From positions 11,648 to 75,647 of the forward strand of contig CAMYVY010000009.1 in assembly GCA_947302715.1 (NCBI GenBank): a DNA stretch of 64,000 bases, read 5' to 3'. Below the pieces are notes generated by a model. It did no database searches. It was not told where the DNA came from and saw only the letters and a list, made by a program, of their open reading frames with translations. Positions 18,614 to 27,997 of this stretch are shown in pieces (position 1 is the first letter of the stretch; each line of letters opens with the position of its first letter). This DNA comes from an uncultured Clostridia bacterium. Its GTDB lineage: Bacteria; Bacillota; Clostridia; Peptostreptococcales; Anaerovoracaceae. A program made the position numbers and the translations under genes.

Positions 18614-19993
18614 ATGTTTGTAGGAAGAGACGAGGAGCAGAAGAAGCTAAAAAAGCTTTATACTAATCAAGACCAATCGACGGCCTTGGTTTATGGTAGA
18701 AGGCGTATTGGTAAGACGGAATTAATCAAGCATACACTTAAGAATGTTGATATTCCCAGTATTTATTATGAGTGTAAAGAAACCTCTGAGGCAAATAATG
18801 TCCGTAGCCTCAGTTTTTTAATTGCAGAGCATTTTAATATACCGCTTCCCGCTTTTTCAGACATTGAGGAGGTTCTCTCATTTATCTTTCAACATGCGGA
18901 GAAATCCTCCATGATACTTGTGTTGGATGAATATCCTTATTTACAAAGAACCAAGACTGGCATGGATAGCATTCTCCAATCCCTAATAGACAGATTTAAA
19001 TCGTCTTCTTCATTAAAGCTTATATTATGTGGATCGTTTGTGGATACGATGAAATCCTTGCTGGAAGAACAGAATCCGTTATATGGAAGAGTGGATCTTA
19101 CCATCGAACTGACATCCATGGATTATTATGACTCTGCAAAATTCTATGAAGAATTTTCATATGAGGATAAAGTGCGCCTCTATAGCGTTTTTGGTGGGAT
19201 ACCATATTATAATCGATTAATTGATAACAAAAGGACTGTTAGAGAGAATATAATAGAGCTAATTGCATCTCCGGGAGCCAGGCTCGAGAATGAAGTCTCA
19301 ATGAATTTAAAGTCAGAACTTGCTAAAGTTATAAATGCAAATGAGGTCTTTGAGGCTTTAGCAAGAGGGTTTAATAAGTATAACGACATTTTATCTCAGT
19401 CTCATGTTAGCAGTAGCCCAGCGCTTGCGGATGTGCTTGAGAAATTGTGCAAGATGCAGATTGTGGAAAAAACTGCTCCCATTAATGATATGTACAATCG
19501 GAAAAAATCCAGCTACAGAATCTGTGATAATCTATCTTTGTTTTTCTATAAGTATGTTTTTCGTTACTCATCACAGATGAATATTATGGATAGTGATACC
19601 TTTTTTGATCGCTATATTGCTGAAGATTTTGAGAATCAGTATGTGCCCAAAGCATTTGAAGAAATCTGCACGCAATTTTTAATTAGAAGAAATAAAAATG
19701 GAATGATGGAAGAAACCTTTGACCAAATTGGAAGGTATTATTATGATAATCCCAATACAAGAACCAACGGAGAGTTTGATATTGTGACTCATGACAAGCG
19801 GGGATACATATCCTATGAAGTGAAATTTCGAAAGAAACCATTGGAGACATCAAGGATAGATGAAGAAATTGAGCAGGTTAAAAATTCCGGCCTTGAATGT
19901 TATAAGTACGGGTTTTTATCGAGGAGCGGATTTGAGAAGATGAAAAAAAGAGATGATTTGATTTTACTTGATATTAGCGATATTTACGAATAA
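18614..19993 (+). CDS. Archaeal-type ATPase with DUF234-like region and PD-(D/E)XK-type C-terminus
   Basis: Walker A GRRRIGKT, Walker B 'VLDEYPY', 'PLYGR', 'FGGIPYY', C-terminal 'EFDIV...YEVKF'. Confidence 0.8.
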   Translation: MFVGRDEEQKKLKKLYTNQDQSTALVYGRRRIGKTELIKHTLKNVDIPSIYYECKETSEANNVRSLSFLIAEHFNIPLPAFSDIEEVLSFIFQHAEKSSMILVLDEYPYLQRTKTGMDSILQSLIDRFKSSSSLKLILCGSFVDTMKSLLEEQNPLYGRVDLTIELTSMDYYDSAKFYEEFSYEDKVRLYSVFGGIPYYNRLIDNKRTVRENIIELIASPGARLENEVSMNLKSELAKVINANEVFEALARGFNKYNDILSQSHVSSSPALADVLEKLCKMQIVEKTAPINDMYNRKKSSYRICDNLSLFFYKYVFRYSSQMNIMDSDTFFDRYIAEDFENQYVPKAFEEICTQFLIRRNKNGMMEETFDQIGRYYYDNPNTRTNGEFDIVTHDKRGYISYEVKFRKKPLETSRIDEEIEQVKNSGLECYKYGFLSRSGFEKMKKRDDLILLDISDIYE

Positions 19994-20067
19994 CTCAAGA
20001 TAGTAGATAAGTGGAAACTGACTGGCAAGAATAAAGATAGTAGATTTAGTAGAAAGAAAGGACACAT

Positions 20068-21456
20068 ATGAACGTAAAGATTGACTTGAATAATTCCGGG
20101 ATTCCAATGGCCGATATCGTTGTCCATAGAGAGCTCGCAGAGGAGAAGTTGGACATGTTGTTCGCAGGAAGTGTTTCTGGGGGCAAAGCTCCTGCAGAGT
20201 CTGCTGCACTCGAATATACAGGTTGGGTGGATTTTCCGAACAGGATTACCGATGGAGAAATAAGCGTCATCGAGATGCTCGCAGACAATATCCGTGAGAC
20301 CTCCGATGTTTTGGTTGTTCTGGGCGTAGGCGGCTCATATATGGGAGCAAAAGCGTTAGCTGATATTATTCCGGGCGACGGAAGCACGGAGGTCATATTC
20401 GCAGGATATGATTTTAGCGCACGTCATATGCGCGAAATAATAGACAAACTTTGCGAAGGATGCGGTGATGCTGCAGCCGACCGCAAGAAAGGACGTGATT
20501 TCTCAATCTGCGCAATTTCAAAATCCGGCGGCACCATGGAGACTATGGCCGCATTCAGCATCATGATGAACTACGCAATAAAGCGCTACGGAGCGGACGA
20601 GGCAGCTGCTCGTACCTATGTTGTAACTGAGGACAAACCAAGTGCACTTCACAATTATGCGGAGAGAATCGGCTGTCATATAATACACATGCCTCTTGAT
20701 ATCGGCGGTCGCTATTCGGTGTTTACAGCGGTTGGCTTGATGCCACTTGCTGTTCACGGAATCAATATACGTGAATTTATAGAAGGAACTCGAGCACTCG
20801 CTAATTGCAACGTATTTCTTGCCGGTGCAACCGGCGAACCCTCGCAGATGACAGGAAGTACCGATGCCCTCGGCTCCGATGACTTATCGAATAGTGCCGC
20901 CGGACCGCTTGACTACGCAATAGCTCGGAACATTTTGCACGCGCGAGGAAAAAGCGTTGAGGTCTTTGAGTTCTTTGATCCCTATGCGGAATTCTTCGGG
21001 AACTGGCTCCAACAATTATTCGGTGAAAGCGAAGGAAAGAACGGAAAGGGCATCTATCCTGCAACGCTGACATTTAATCGCGACCTTCATTCCATGGGGC
21101 AGTTCCTCCAGGAGGGCGCGCCGTGCTTCTTCGAGACGATGGTTTTGTTCGGAAAGCAGCCGGACGACATCGAAATCCCGGAGACGGAAATAGTCCCCGA
21201 ACTTTCAAATCGAAAGATTGCAGATATTTGCCGGTATGTCGAGCAAGGCGTAATAGAGGCTCATCGAAAGGCGGGGATTCCGCTTATAACTATTTCGATT
21301 GATGAAATAACACCACGCTCCATGGGAGAATTCATGTATTTCTTCATGATTCAGTGTGCGGTGTCTGCGATGATTCTCGGCGTAAATCCTTTTGATCAGC
21401 CCGGAGTTGAAGCATACAAATCAGAGGTTAAAGCGCTTATAAAGGGAGAACTATGA
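20068..21456 (+). CDS. pgi: Glucose-6-phosphate isomerase
   Basis: 'GVGGSYMG', 'SKSGGT.ET', 'DIGGRYSV', 'QQLFGESEGK', 'DLHSMGQ', 'PFDQPGVEAYK'. Confidence 0.95.
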   Translation: MNVKIDLNNSGIPMADIVVHRELAEEKLDMLFAGSVSGGKAPAESAALEYTGWVDFPNRITDGEISVIEMLADNIRETSDVLVVLGVGGSYMGAKALADIIPGDGSTEVIFAGYDFSARHMREIIDKLCEGCGDAAADRKKGRDFSICAISKSGGTMETMAAFSIMMNYAIKRYGADEAAARTYVVTEDKPSALHNYAERIGCHIIHMPLDIGGRYSVFTAVGLMPLAVHGINIREFIEGTRALANCNVFLAGATGEPSQMTGSTDALGSDDLSNSAAGPLDYAIARNILHARGKSVEVFEFFDPYAEFFGNWLQQLFGESEGKNGKGIYPATLTFNRDLHSMGQFLQEGAPCFFETMVLFGKQPDDIEIPETEIVPELSNRKIADICRYVEQGVIEAHRKAGIPLITISIDEITPRSMGEFMYFFMIQCAVSAMILGVNPFDQPGVEAYKSEVKALIKGEL

Positions 21457-21623
21457 CTTATATAACAAAATATGTTGACAAAAACGTGTTTTCTATGAAA
21501 AATGGGGATAGACACGCGGGTCTAATCTAAAAAAAGACTGCTGACACACCAAAGGCATATAAATGACATATAAATATTAAAAAGTAATGTGAATAACAGC
21601 AAACGCTAATTGGAGGATATAGC

Positions 21624-22634
21624 ATGAAGTATTTACTAACCGGCGGTGCCGGGTATATCGGATCGCACACTGCAATTGAAATGATTAACGCAGGATACGA
21701 GGTTATAATCGTTGATAATTTGTCTAACAGTGATGAGGTCGTAATCGATAGAATCGCTGAAATATCCGGGGTGAGGCCCGCGTTTTATCCTTATGACGTT
21801 TCGAACAAAGACGACATGCGCCGGGTTTTCTCTGAGAACGAGATCGCGGGAGTCATTCACTTTGCGGGACTAAAGGCTGTTGGTGAATCGGTTAATAAGC
21901 CTGTCGAATACTATAGGAACAATATTGACACGACGCTGACGCTTCTGGAAGTCATGAAGGAGTTTGGGGTATCGCAATTTGTATTCAGTTCATCTGCAAC
22001 CGTATATGGTGAAGAGAATCAGCCTCCATATTTGGAGTCGATGCCGAAGGGGAATTGTTCGAATCCCTATGGTTGGACGAAGTCGATGATCGAGCAAATC
22101 TTGACGGATGCAGCAAAGGCAAATCCTCTTTCAGTTGTACTCCTCAGGTATTTTAATCCTATAGGTGCGCATGCTTCCGGTTTAATTGGAGAGGACCCGC
22201 AGGGCATTCCGAATAATCTGATGCCATATGTTTCGCAGGTTGCCGTTGGTAGACTTCCGGAACTCACCATTTTTGGTGGAGACTACGATACGCCGGACGG
22301 AACGTGCCGCAGGGATTACATCCATGTTGTCGATCTTGCAGTGGGACATGTAAAGGCGGTGGAATTCGCAGCAAGGAATTCAGGCGTCGAAGTATTTAAC
22401 CTTGGCACTGGAACCCCCTATAGCGTCCTTGATATAGTGAATACATTCGAGCGCGTGAATGGCGTTCCTGTACCTCATAAAATCGGACCGCGCCGCGCAG
22501 GTGATCTGCAGGATTCCTGGGCCGATGCCGCTAAGGCAGCCGGAGTCCTCGGTTGGACCGCGGAGCGTACTCTTGATGACATGTGCCGCGATTCTTGGAA
22601 TTGGCAGAGCAAGAACCCAAAAGGATATAAATAA
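21624..22634 (+). CDS. galE: UDP-glucose 4-epimerase
   Basis: 'TGGAGYIGSHT', 'HFAGLKAVGES', 'FSSSATVYG', 'NPYGWTK', 'LRYFNP.GAH'. Confidence 0.95.
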   Translation: MKYLLTGGAGYIGSHTAIEMINAGYEVIIVDNLSNSDEVVIDRIAEISGVRPAFYPYDVSNKDDMRRVFSENEIAGVIHFAGLKAVGESVNKPVEYYRNNIDTTLTLLEVMKEFGVSQFVFSSSATVYGEENQPPYLESMPKGNCSNPYGWTKSMIEQILTDAAKANPLSVVLLRYFNPIGAHASGLIGEDPQGIPNNLMPYVSQVAVGRLPELTIFGGDYDTPDGTCRRDYIHVVDLAVGHVKAVEFAARNSGVEVFNLGTGTPYSVLDIVNTFERVNGVPVPHKIGPRRAGDLQDSWADAAKAAGVLGWTAERTLDDMCRDSWNWQSKNPKGYK

Positions 22635-22663
22635 TCTAATTCTATTAGGAGAGGTGATCTAAT

Positions 22664-23659
22664 ATGACTAAGACACTTGTTATAATGGCTGCGGGAATCG
22701 GTTCGCGATTCGGGGGCGGAATCAAGCAGCTTGAGCCTGTTGGACCGAATGGCGAAATAATAATGGACTATTCGATTCACGATGCGATAGCCGCCGGCTT
22801 TAAGAGAATCGTTTTCATCATTCGCCGAGACATCGAAGCGGATTTTATGGAGGTGATTGGTGACAGAATTGCTGCGGTTTGTGAGCCGCTTGGCGTTGAG
22901 GTTGCATACGCATTCCAAGAGAAGGACTTGATGCCGGCCGGGGTGCCTACAGAAGTCGAAGGACGTTTGCTTGATGATGTGATTATTGAACGAACAAAGC
23001 CTTGGGGCACAGGACACGCAATACTTGCCTGCGATGGTTTGATTGACGGCCCCTTTGCTGTTATAAACGCTGACGATTATTATGGAAAGAACGGATTTAA
23101 AAAGGCTGCGGAATTTCTTGAATCCGGCGGGGCCGAATACGGTCTTGTTGGTTATATTTTAAAGAACACGCTTTCCGACAACGGAGGCGTAACTCGCGGA
23201 ATCTGCCGGATTGCGTCTGATGGCAGCGATAGATTGATTGGAATCGACGAGACCAAGGACATCATCAAGGTCGTTAAACCTGCGGCAGAAAAAGGCGGCG
23301 AATCCGGCGGTGAATCGGAAACAGAAATCACTGCCGAATCCAACGGTGAACCTATTGATGTTAATTCGCTCGTATCAATGAACTTCTGGTGCTACCCCGC
23401 ATCGTTCATGGATGTGCTGAGAGAAGGCTTCCCGGAATTCCTCGAGGAGATGAGAGACCCTTTAAAGGATGAATACCTCCTTCCGACAATCGTGGATGGA
23501 CTTCTAAGACAAGGGACTGATGTCACGGTAATTCCGACGGACGACTGTTGGTTCGGTGTAACATATAAAGAAGACAAGACTTCCGTCGTCGACAGTTTCA
23601 AGAAACTCTACGAAGAGGGAGTCTACAGCGAGGACCTATACAATGAATTACAAAGATGA
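22664..23659 (+). CDS. Stand-alone sugar-1-phosphate nucleotidyltransferase
   Basis: 'IMAAGIGSRFGG.IKQ', 'KPWGTGHAIL', 'INADDYYG'; no left-handed beta-helix domain. Confidence 0.85.
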   Translation: MTKTLVIMAAGIGSRFGGGIKQLEPVGPNGEIIMDYSIHDAIAAGFKRIVFIIRRDIEADFMEVIGDRIAAVCEPLGVEVAYAFQEKDLMPAGVPTEVEGRLLDDVIIERTKPWGTGHAILACDGLIDGPFAVINADDYYGKNGFKKAAEFLESGGAEYGLVGYILKNTLSDNGGVTRGICRIASDGSDRLIGIDETKDIIKVVKPAAEKGGESGGESETEITAESNGEPIDVNSLVSMNFWCYPASFMDVLREGFPEFLEEMRDPLKDEYLLPTIVDGLLRQGTDVTVIPTDDCWFGVTYKEDKTSVVDSFKKLYEEGVYSEDLYNELQR

Positions 23660-25535
23660 ATATAAACGCTGGTTGGATAGTCCGACGGTGAGCAAAGCCG
23701 ACAAAGAGGAACTCCGTGCGCTTTCCGAAGACGAGGTTAGAGAAAGGTTTTCTGCTGAGCTGGAATTCGGAACTGCCGGAATTAGACGAGTCATGGAGGT
23801 TGGACCCGGTAGCATGAACAGCTATACGGTTAAGCATGTGACTCGCGCGCTTGGAATGTATTTAACTGGTGACAAAGATAATGCAAACCCGCAAAAACAA
23901 TACTCCGTTGTGATTGCGTGCGACTCGAGAAACAACAGCCAGAGATTTGCGGAGGAAGCAGCATGCGTACTTGCGGCACAGGGCATCCATGTGTTTTTGT
24001 TTGAGGACTTGAGACCGACACCCGAGCTATCGTTTGCCGTTCGCTACGCCGGTGCCTCCGCCGGAATCAACATAACCGCAAGCCATAACACCAAGGAATA
24101 CAATGGCTACAAGGTTTATGGATCTGATGGAGCGCAGCTATCTCCGGAGCACGCGGATGAGGTCGCTCGTATAATTTCCGAGACCGATGTCCTTGATGAG
24201 CCGGAATCGATGGACCTTGATGAGGCGGTGAAAAACAGCGTGGTCGAACTAATTGATGGCTATGTGGACAATATGTACCTGGCGCAGGTGATGCAGCAGT
24301 CGCGAATCGTTTCAGAAGCCGCAAAAACAAAAATTGTTTACACTGCGTTCCATGGAACAGGATACAAGTTTGTGCCGGAGGTTCTTAAGCGTGACGGTTT
24401 CGAAAATGTTTATTGCGTTGAGCCTCAGTGCATTCCGGACGGCGATTTTCCAACGGTCAAGAGTCCCAACCCGGAGAATGAAGAGAGCTTTAAAATGGCT
24501 ATTGAACTTGCGGCCTCTGTTTGCGCTGATTTGATTATCGGAACTGACCCGGACGGCGATCGCTGTGGCGTCGCAATCCCTGTGTCCAACGTTCAATCCG
24601 CACAATCATTAGACCGAGAAGAGGTCGGAATGACAGTGCAGGATTCGCAAGCTGCGCAGGAAGCTCCGGAACCATCAAGGAAATATAGAGTTCTTACCGG
24701 CAATCAAGTCGGCGTGCTGATTCTTGATTATCTAATCAAAATGCGCAGTATCGAAAGGCGCAATCTCGATACGCACGATCTTGAAAAGTCCAGTTCGGAC
24801 GCGACCAAACGGCCGTATGCCGCGAAGAGCATCGTTTCTACAAACATGGCGAATCGCATTTGTGAAAAACATGGCGTCGAAATGGTGGAAACTTTGACAG
24901 GCTTCAAGTTCATTGGTGAAAAGATGGAAGAACTCTCTGTCGGCCAGGGAAGGGAGTTTGTCTTTGGATTCGAAGAAAGCAACGGCTACCTTACCGGCCT
25001 CTATGCAAGGGACAAGGATTCGATTGTGGCGGCTTTGCTTGTTGCTGAGACTGCGGCCTATCATGCAGCTAATGGTCGAACCATGGAACAGGCGCTCGCC
25101 GCGCTCTACGAAGAATACGGTTATTATTTGGAAAAGGTGGTATCCAAGGGCTTTGATGGTCTTGATGGTGCAGCCGAGATGCAAGCGTTTATGGATAACT
25201 ATCGCCAAAATCCGCCATCAAAAATCGCAGGCCTACCGGTAATCACAATCAGGGATTATCTATCCGGCGAGATAAAAGAGATAGTCGGATCGCCGATAGC
25301 TACAGAGGATAGCGACACCTCTATTTATACGGATGCAAGTGCAGATGCGGGTATTCGCGTTCGACCGACCGGACTTCCAAAGAGCAATGTGCTCTTCTAC
25401 GAACTTGCCGGAGGAAGCAGCTTCGTCGTTCGCCCATCCGGTACAGAACCAAAAATCAAATTCTATCTGTCAGCTGTAGGTGCGACTCGCAGCGAAGCTG
25501 AGGCGGTGCTCGCAGCCCTCGAGTCTGCAATATAA
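23643..25535 (+). CDS. pgm: Phosphoglucomutase / phospho-sugar mutase
   Basis: 'FGTAG.R', 'ITASHN', 'DPDGDR', 'FEESNG', 'RPSGTEPKIKFY'. Confidence 0.92.
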   Translation: MNYKDEYKRWLDSPTVSKADKEELRALSEDEVRERFSAELEFGTAGIRRVMEVGPGSMNSYTVKHVTRALGMYLTGDKDNANPQKQYSVVIACDSRNNSQRFAEEAACVLAAQGIHVFLFEDLRPTPELSFAVRYAGASAGINITASHNTKEYNGYKVYGSDGAQLSPEHADEVARIISETDVLDEPESMDLDEAVKNSVVELIDGYVDNMYLAQVMQQSRIVSEAAKTKIVYTAFHGTGYKFVPEVLKRDGFENVYCVEPQCIPDGDFPTVKSPNPENEESFKMAIELAASVCADLIIGTDPDGDRCGVAIPVSNVQSAQSLDREEVGMTVQDSQAAQEAPEPSRKYRVLTGNQVGVLILDYLIKMRSIERRNLDTHDLEKSSSDATKRPYAAKSIVSTNMANRICEKHGVEMVETLTGFKFIGEKMEELSVGQGREFVFGFEESNGYLTGLYARDKDSIVAALLVAETAAYHAANGRTMEQALAALYEEYGYYLEKVVSKGFDGLDGAAEMQAFMDNYRQNPPSKIAGLPVITIRDYLSGEIKEIVGSPIATEDSDTSIYTDASADAGIRVRPTGLPKSNVLFYELAGGSSFVVRPSGTEPKIKFYLSAVGATRSEAEAVLAALESAI

Positions 25536-25576
25536 TCATTTGTTGTATTATGTGGCTATTAAAGATAAAGCAATTC

Positions 25577-25607
25577 ACGGTCGTGCATTTATGAGCGGCC
25601 GTTTTTT
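25577..25607 (+). terminator. Intrinsic terminator after pgm
   Basis: acggtcg / cggccgt stem followed by T6. Confidence 0.6.
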
Positions 25608-25717
25608 ACTCTATTTCAATTGGTGTAGCGCTAAATAATTACTAAATAATCGCTAAAAAGTCGTTTAAATAAGACTATGTCGTGGTTATGTCAAATGCTA
25701 AAAATAAGGCTATTTTT

Positions 25718-25747
25718 TTGCACGGGCACATGATTTTGTGCTATAAT
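25718..25747 (+). promoter_or_regulatory. Promoter of the ribozyme-led amino-sugar operon
   Basis: TTGCAC-18 bp-TATAAT with extended TG (25739-25740). Confidence 0.65.
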
Positions 25748-25882
25748 AAATCGATTATGGCTATATGTTGTTTATTTTTGTCATTAAAAGATGTTGACCG
25801 TGCGTAAATGATAAAGTAGCAGCATATAGGCATCAATTATAAAATGACCACTTGCGTATGGAGGTGAACAAGGAGCGGAGAG

Positions 25883-26100
25883 GTTATTAGCGCCTGGCCC
25901 GCAGCAGTAAGCATATTGAACTTATGTGACCGCCTAATCATGAGCGGTGTAATCAGTGAATTCAATTTGGTTTATGGCTGGACAGGGTGACGAGGAATGG
26001 CAGTTATCGAAATATTCGGCGGATGCTGCCACGGCCGGTTTGCGTAAAGTTGCAATGTTAATGCGGTTTTCAATGCCTTTTAAGTGACGAAGCAAGACAC
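25883..26100 (+). ncRNA. glmS ribozyme (GlcN6P-dependent self-cleaving riboswitch)
   Basis: Cleavage-site AGCGCC (25889-25894); P1 GCCC/GGGT; GACGAGG (25989-25995); P2 TGGCAG/CTGCCA; TTATCGAA-atat-TCGGCGGA. Order and pairing match the glmS core as I know it; the 3' boundary is approximate. Confidence 0.92.
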
Positions 26101-26244
26101 GCTTTGCGCAGCCTAATGGGTCGTCAGAGAGAATTAAAAAGCAAAATTAAAATTGTAACAGAGGTTCTCTTACATTTAATAATAAGGCAATTAGTTTAAC
26201 AAAGTTGTTTGAGCGACTTTTGACGAATAAAGGAGATTAGATAT

Positions 26245-26940
26245 ATGTACAAAATAGCAGATCTCTATGATCTGGAACATAGCTTGGCGGGGGAATACAT
26301 TGGACAATTCGAGTATCCCTGGGAGGCATTAAAAGGCATCAAGGACTTTATTTTGGAGCTCGGCCCGACCTTGGAAGAGCGCTTCCCCGGGGAATACGAG
26401 GAGAGAGAACCCCAGGTATGGGTTCACAAAACTGCGACAGTATTTCCTTCTGCTTATCTTGGTGCGCCTTGCATCATCGGACCGAACACTGAAGTAAGAC
26501 ATTGCGCATTCATCAGGGGATCCGCTCTTGTTGGCGCTGACTGCGTAGTCGGTAACAGCGTGGAGCTAAAGAACGTGATTCTCTTTGACCATGTTCAGAC
26601 GCCGCACTATAACTATGTTGGTGATTCCATCCTGGGATATTACAGCCACATGGGAGCAGGTTCGATCACATCCAACGTCAAAGCCGATAAAGAGCTGGTC
26701 ATTGTGAACAACGTGAGAGGCTGCGGAACCCCGGACGGTGAACCTGAAATGATAGAAACGGGCATCAAGAAATTCGGTGCGATGCTCGGTGACCACGTCG
26801 AGATTGGATGTAATGCGGTACTTAACCCGGGCACTGTCGTTGGTCGAAACACTAATGTCTATCCGACCAGTTGCGTGCGTGGCGTAGTCCCTGAAAGCAG
26901 CATTTTCAAAAATAGCGGCGAAATCATTAAAAAGAAGTAA
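26245..26940 (+). CDS. Stand-alone left-handed beta-helix acetyltransferase, GlmU C-terminal-like
   Basis: Hexapeptide repeats; 'YPWEAL', 'ELKN', 'PHYNYVGDSILG', 'GAGSITSN', 'GAMLGDHVEIGCNAVLNPG'; no nucleotidyltransferase domain. Confidence 0.8.
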   Translation: MYKIADLYDLEHSLAGEYIGQFEYPWEALKGIKDFILELGPTLEERFPGEYEEREPQVWVHKTATVFPSAYLGAPCIIGPNTEVRHCAFIRGSALVGADCVVGNSVELKNVILFDHVQTPHYNYVGDSILGYYSHMGAGSITSNVKADKELVIVNNVRGCGTPDGEPEMIETGIKKFGAMLGDHVEIGCNAVLNPGTVVGRNTNVYPTSCVRGVVPESSIFKNSGEIIKKK

Positions 26941-26945
26941 TGCCC

Positions 26946-27063
26946 AAAACCAGCGACACTGTCGAGTTAAAACAAAAATCAAAACCAGCGACACTGTCGA
27001 ATTAAAACATAAATCAAAACCAGCGACATTGTCAAGCTAAAACATAAATCAAAACCAGCGACA
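26946..27063. repeat. 35-bp tandem repeat, 3 full copies plus a partial, each with an internal palindrome
   Basis: Units start at 26946, 26981, 27016 and 27051 (aaaaccagcgacactgtcga...); cgaca-c-tgtcg palindrome. Confidence 0.9.
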
Positions 27064-27092
27064 ATACATAAGAAATAGAAAGGAATAGCCAT

Positions 27093-27893
27093 ATGCGTGT
27101 AGTAATACAGGACAATTATGATAAGATGTGCCAGTGGGCAGCTAATTATATAGCTGATAAAATATGCAAGCACAACGAAGAAGAAAGCAGTCGCCCATTT
27201 ATTTTGGGACTCCCGACAGGCTCCAGCCCGATTGGAGTCTACAAAGAACTCATCAAAAAGAACAAAGCCGGCGAACTCAGCTTTGCAAATGTTGTTACAT
27301 TTAATATGGACGAGTATCTTGGCTTGCCACATGAACACGACCAAAGTTATTGGTACTTCATGCACGACAACTTCTTTAATCATCTCGTTGACATGAAACC
27401 GGAAAACATCAACATCCTAAACGGAATGACGGATGACCCGGAGGCGGAATGTGCCGCCTACGAGGAGAAGATTGAGTCGTATGGCGGAATCGATCTCTTT
27501 ATGGGGGGAATCGGTGTGGACGGACACTTGGCATTCAATGAGCCATTCACGTCATTAACAAGCCGCACCGGACTGCGCGACCTGACTACCGACACAAGAA
27601 TCGTAAACTCCAGGTTCTTTGATAACGACCCTAACAAGGTGCCGGCCCAGGCTCTCTCGGTCGGAATCGGAACGGTAACCGATTCAAAGGAAGTGCTTGT
27701 TTTGATTTCCGGACACAACAAGGCCCGCGCTCTTGCTGCAACGGTAGAGGGAAACGTGAGCCACAAATGGACGTGCTCGGCACTTCAGATGCACAATGGT
27801 GCAATCATTGCCTGTGACGAGGAAGCCTGCGGTGAACTAACTGTTGACACCTATAAATACTTCCTCGACATCGAAAAGAAAGAGAGATTGTAA
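27093..27893 (+). CDS. nagB: Glucosamine-6-phosphate deaminase/isomerase
   Basis: 'LGLPTGSSP', 'TFNMDEY', 'GGIGVDGHLAFNEP', 'NSRFFDND'; 266 aa. Confidence 0.95.
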   Translation: MRVVIQDNYDKMCQWAANYIADKICKHNEEESSRPFILGLPTGSSPIGVYKELIKKNKAGELSFANVVTFNMDEYLGLPHEHDQSYWYFMHDNFFNHLVDMKPENINILNGMTDDPEAECAAYEEKIESYGGIDLFMGGIGVDGHLAFNEPFTSLTSRTGLRDLTTDTRIVNSRFFDNDPNKVPAQALSVGIGTVTDSKEVLVLISGHNKARALAATVEGNVSHKWTCSALQMHNGAIIACDEEACGELTVDTYKYFLDIEKKERL

Positions 27894-27997
27894 TAAAAGA
27901 TTGTAATAAATAATTGTAATCAGTAATAACTTGAAGGTGGGCATTCGTCAATTGAATGCTTTCACGATTAAACTGTACTAAACAAAAAGGAGATACC

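Noticed and set aside
21505-21560. c-di-GMP-I-like fragment GGGTCTAA...GACTGCTGA upstream of galE
   Set aside because: The GCAAA/GAAA/GACGCAAAG part of the aptamer is missing and the pairing is poor.
26946-27063. Possible CRISPR array (35-bp repeats)
   Set aside because: Units are contiguous with no spacers.
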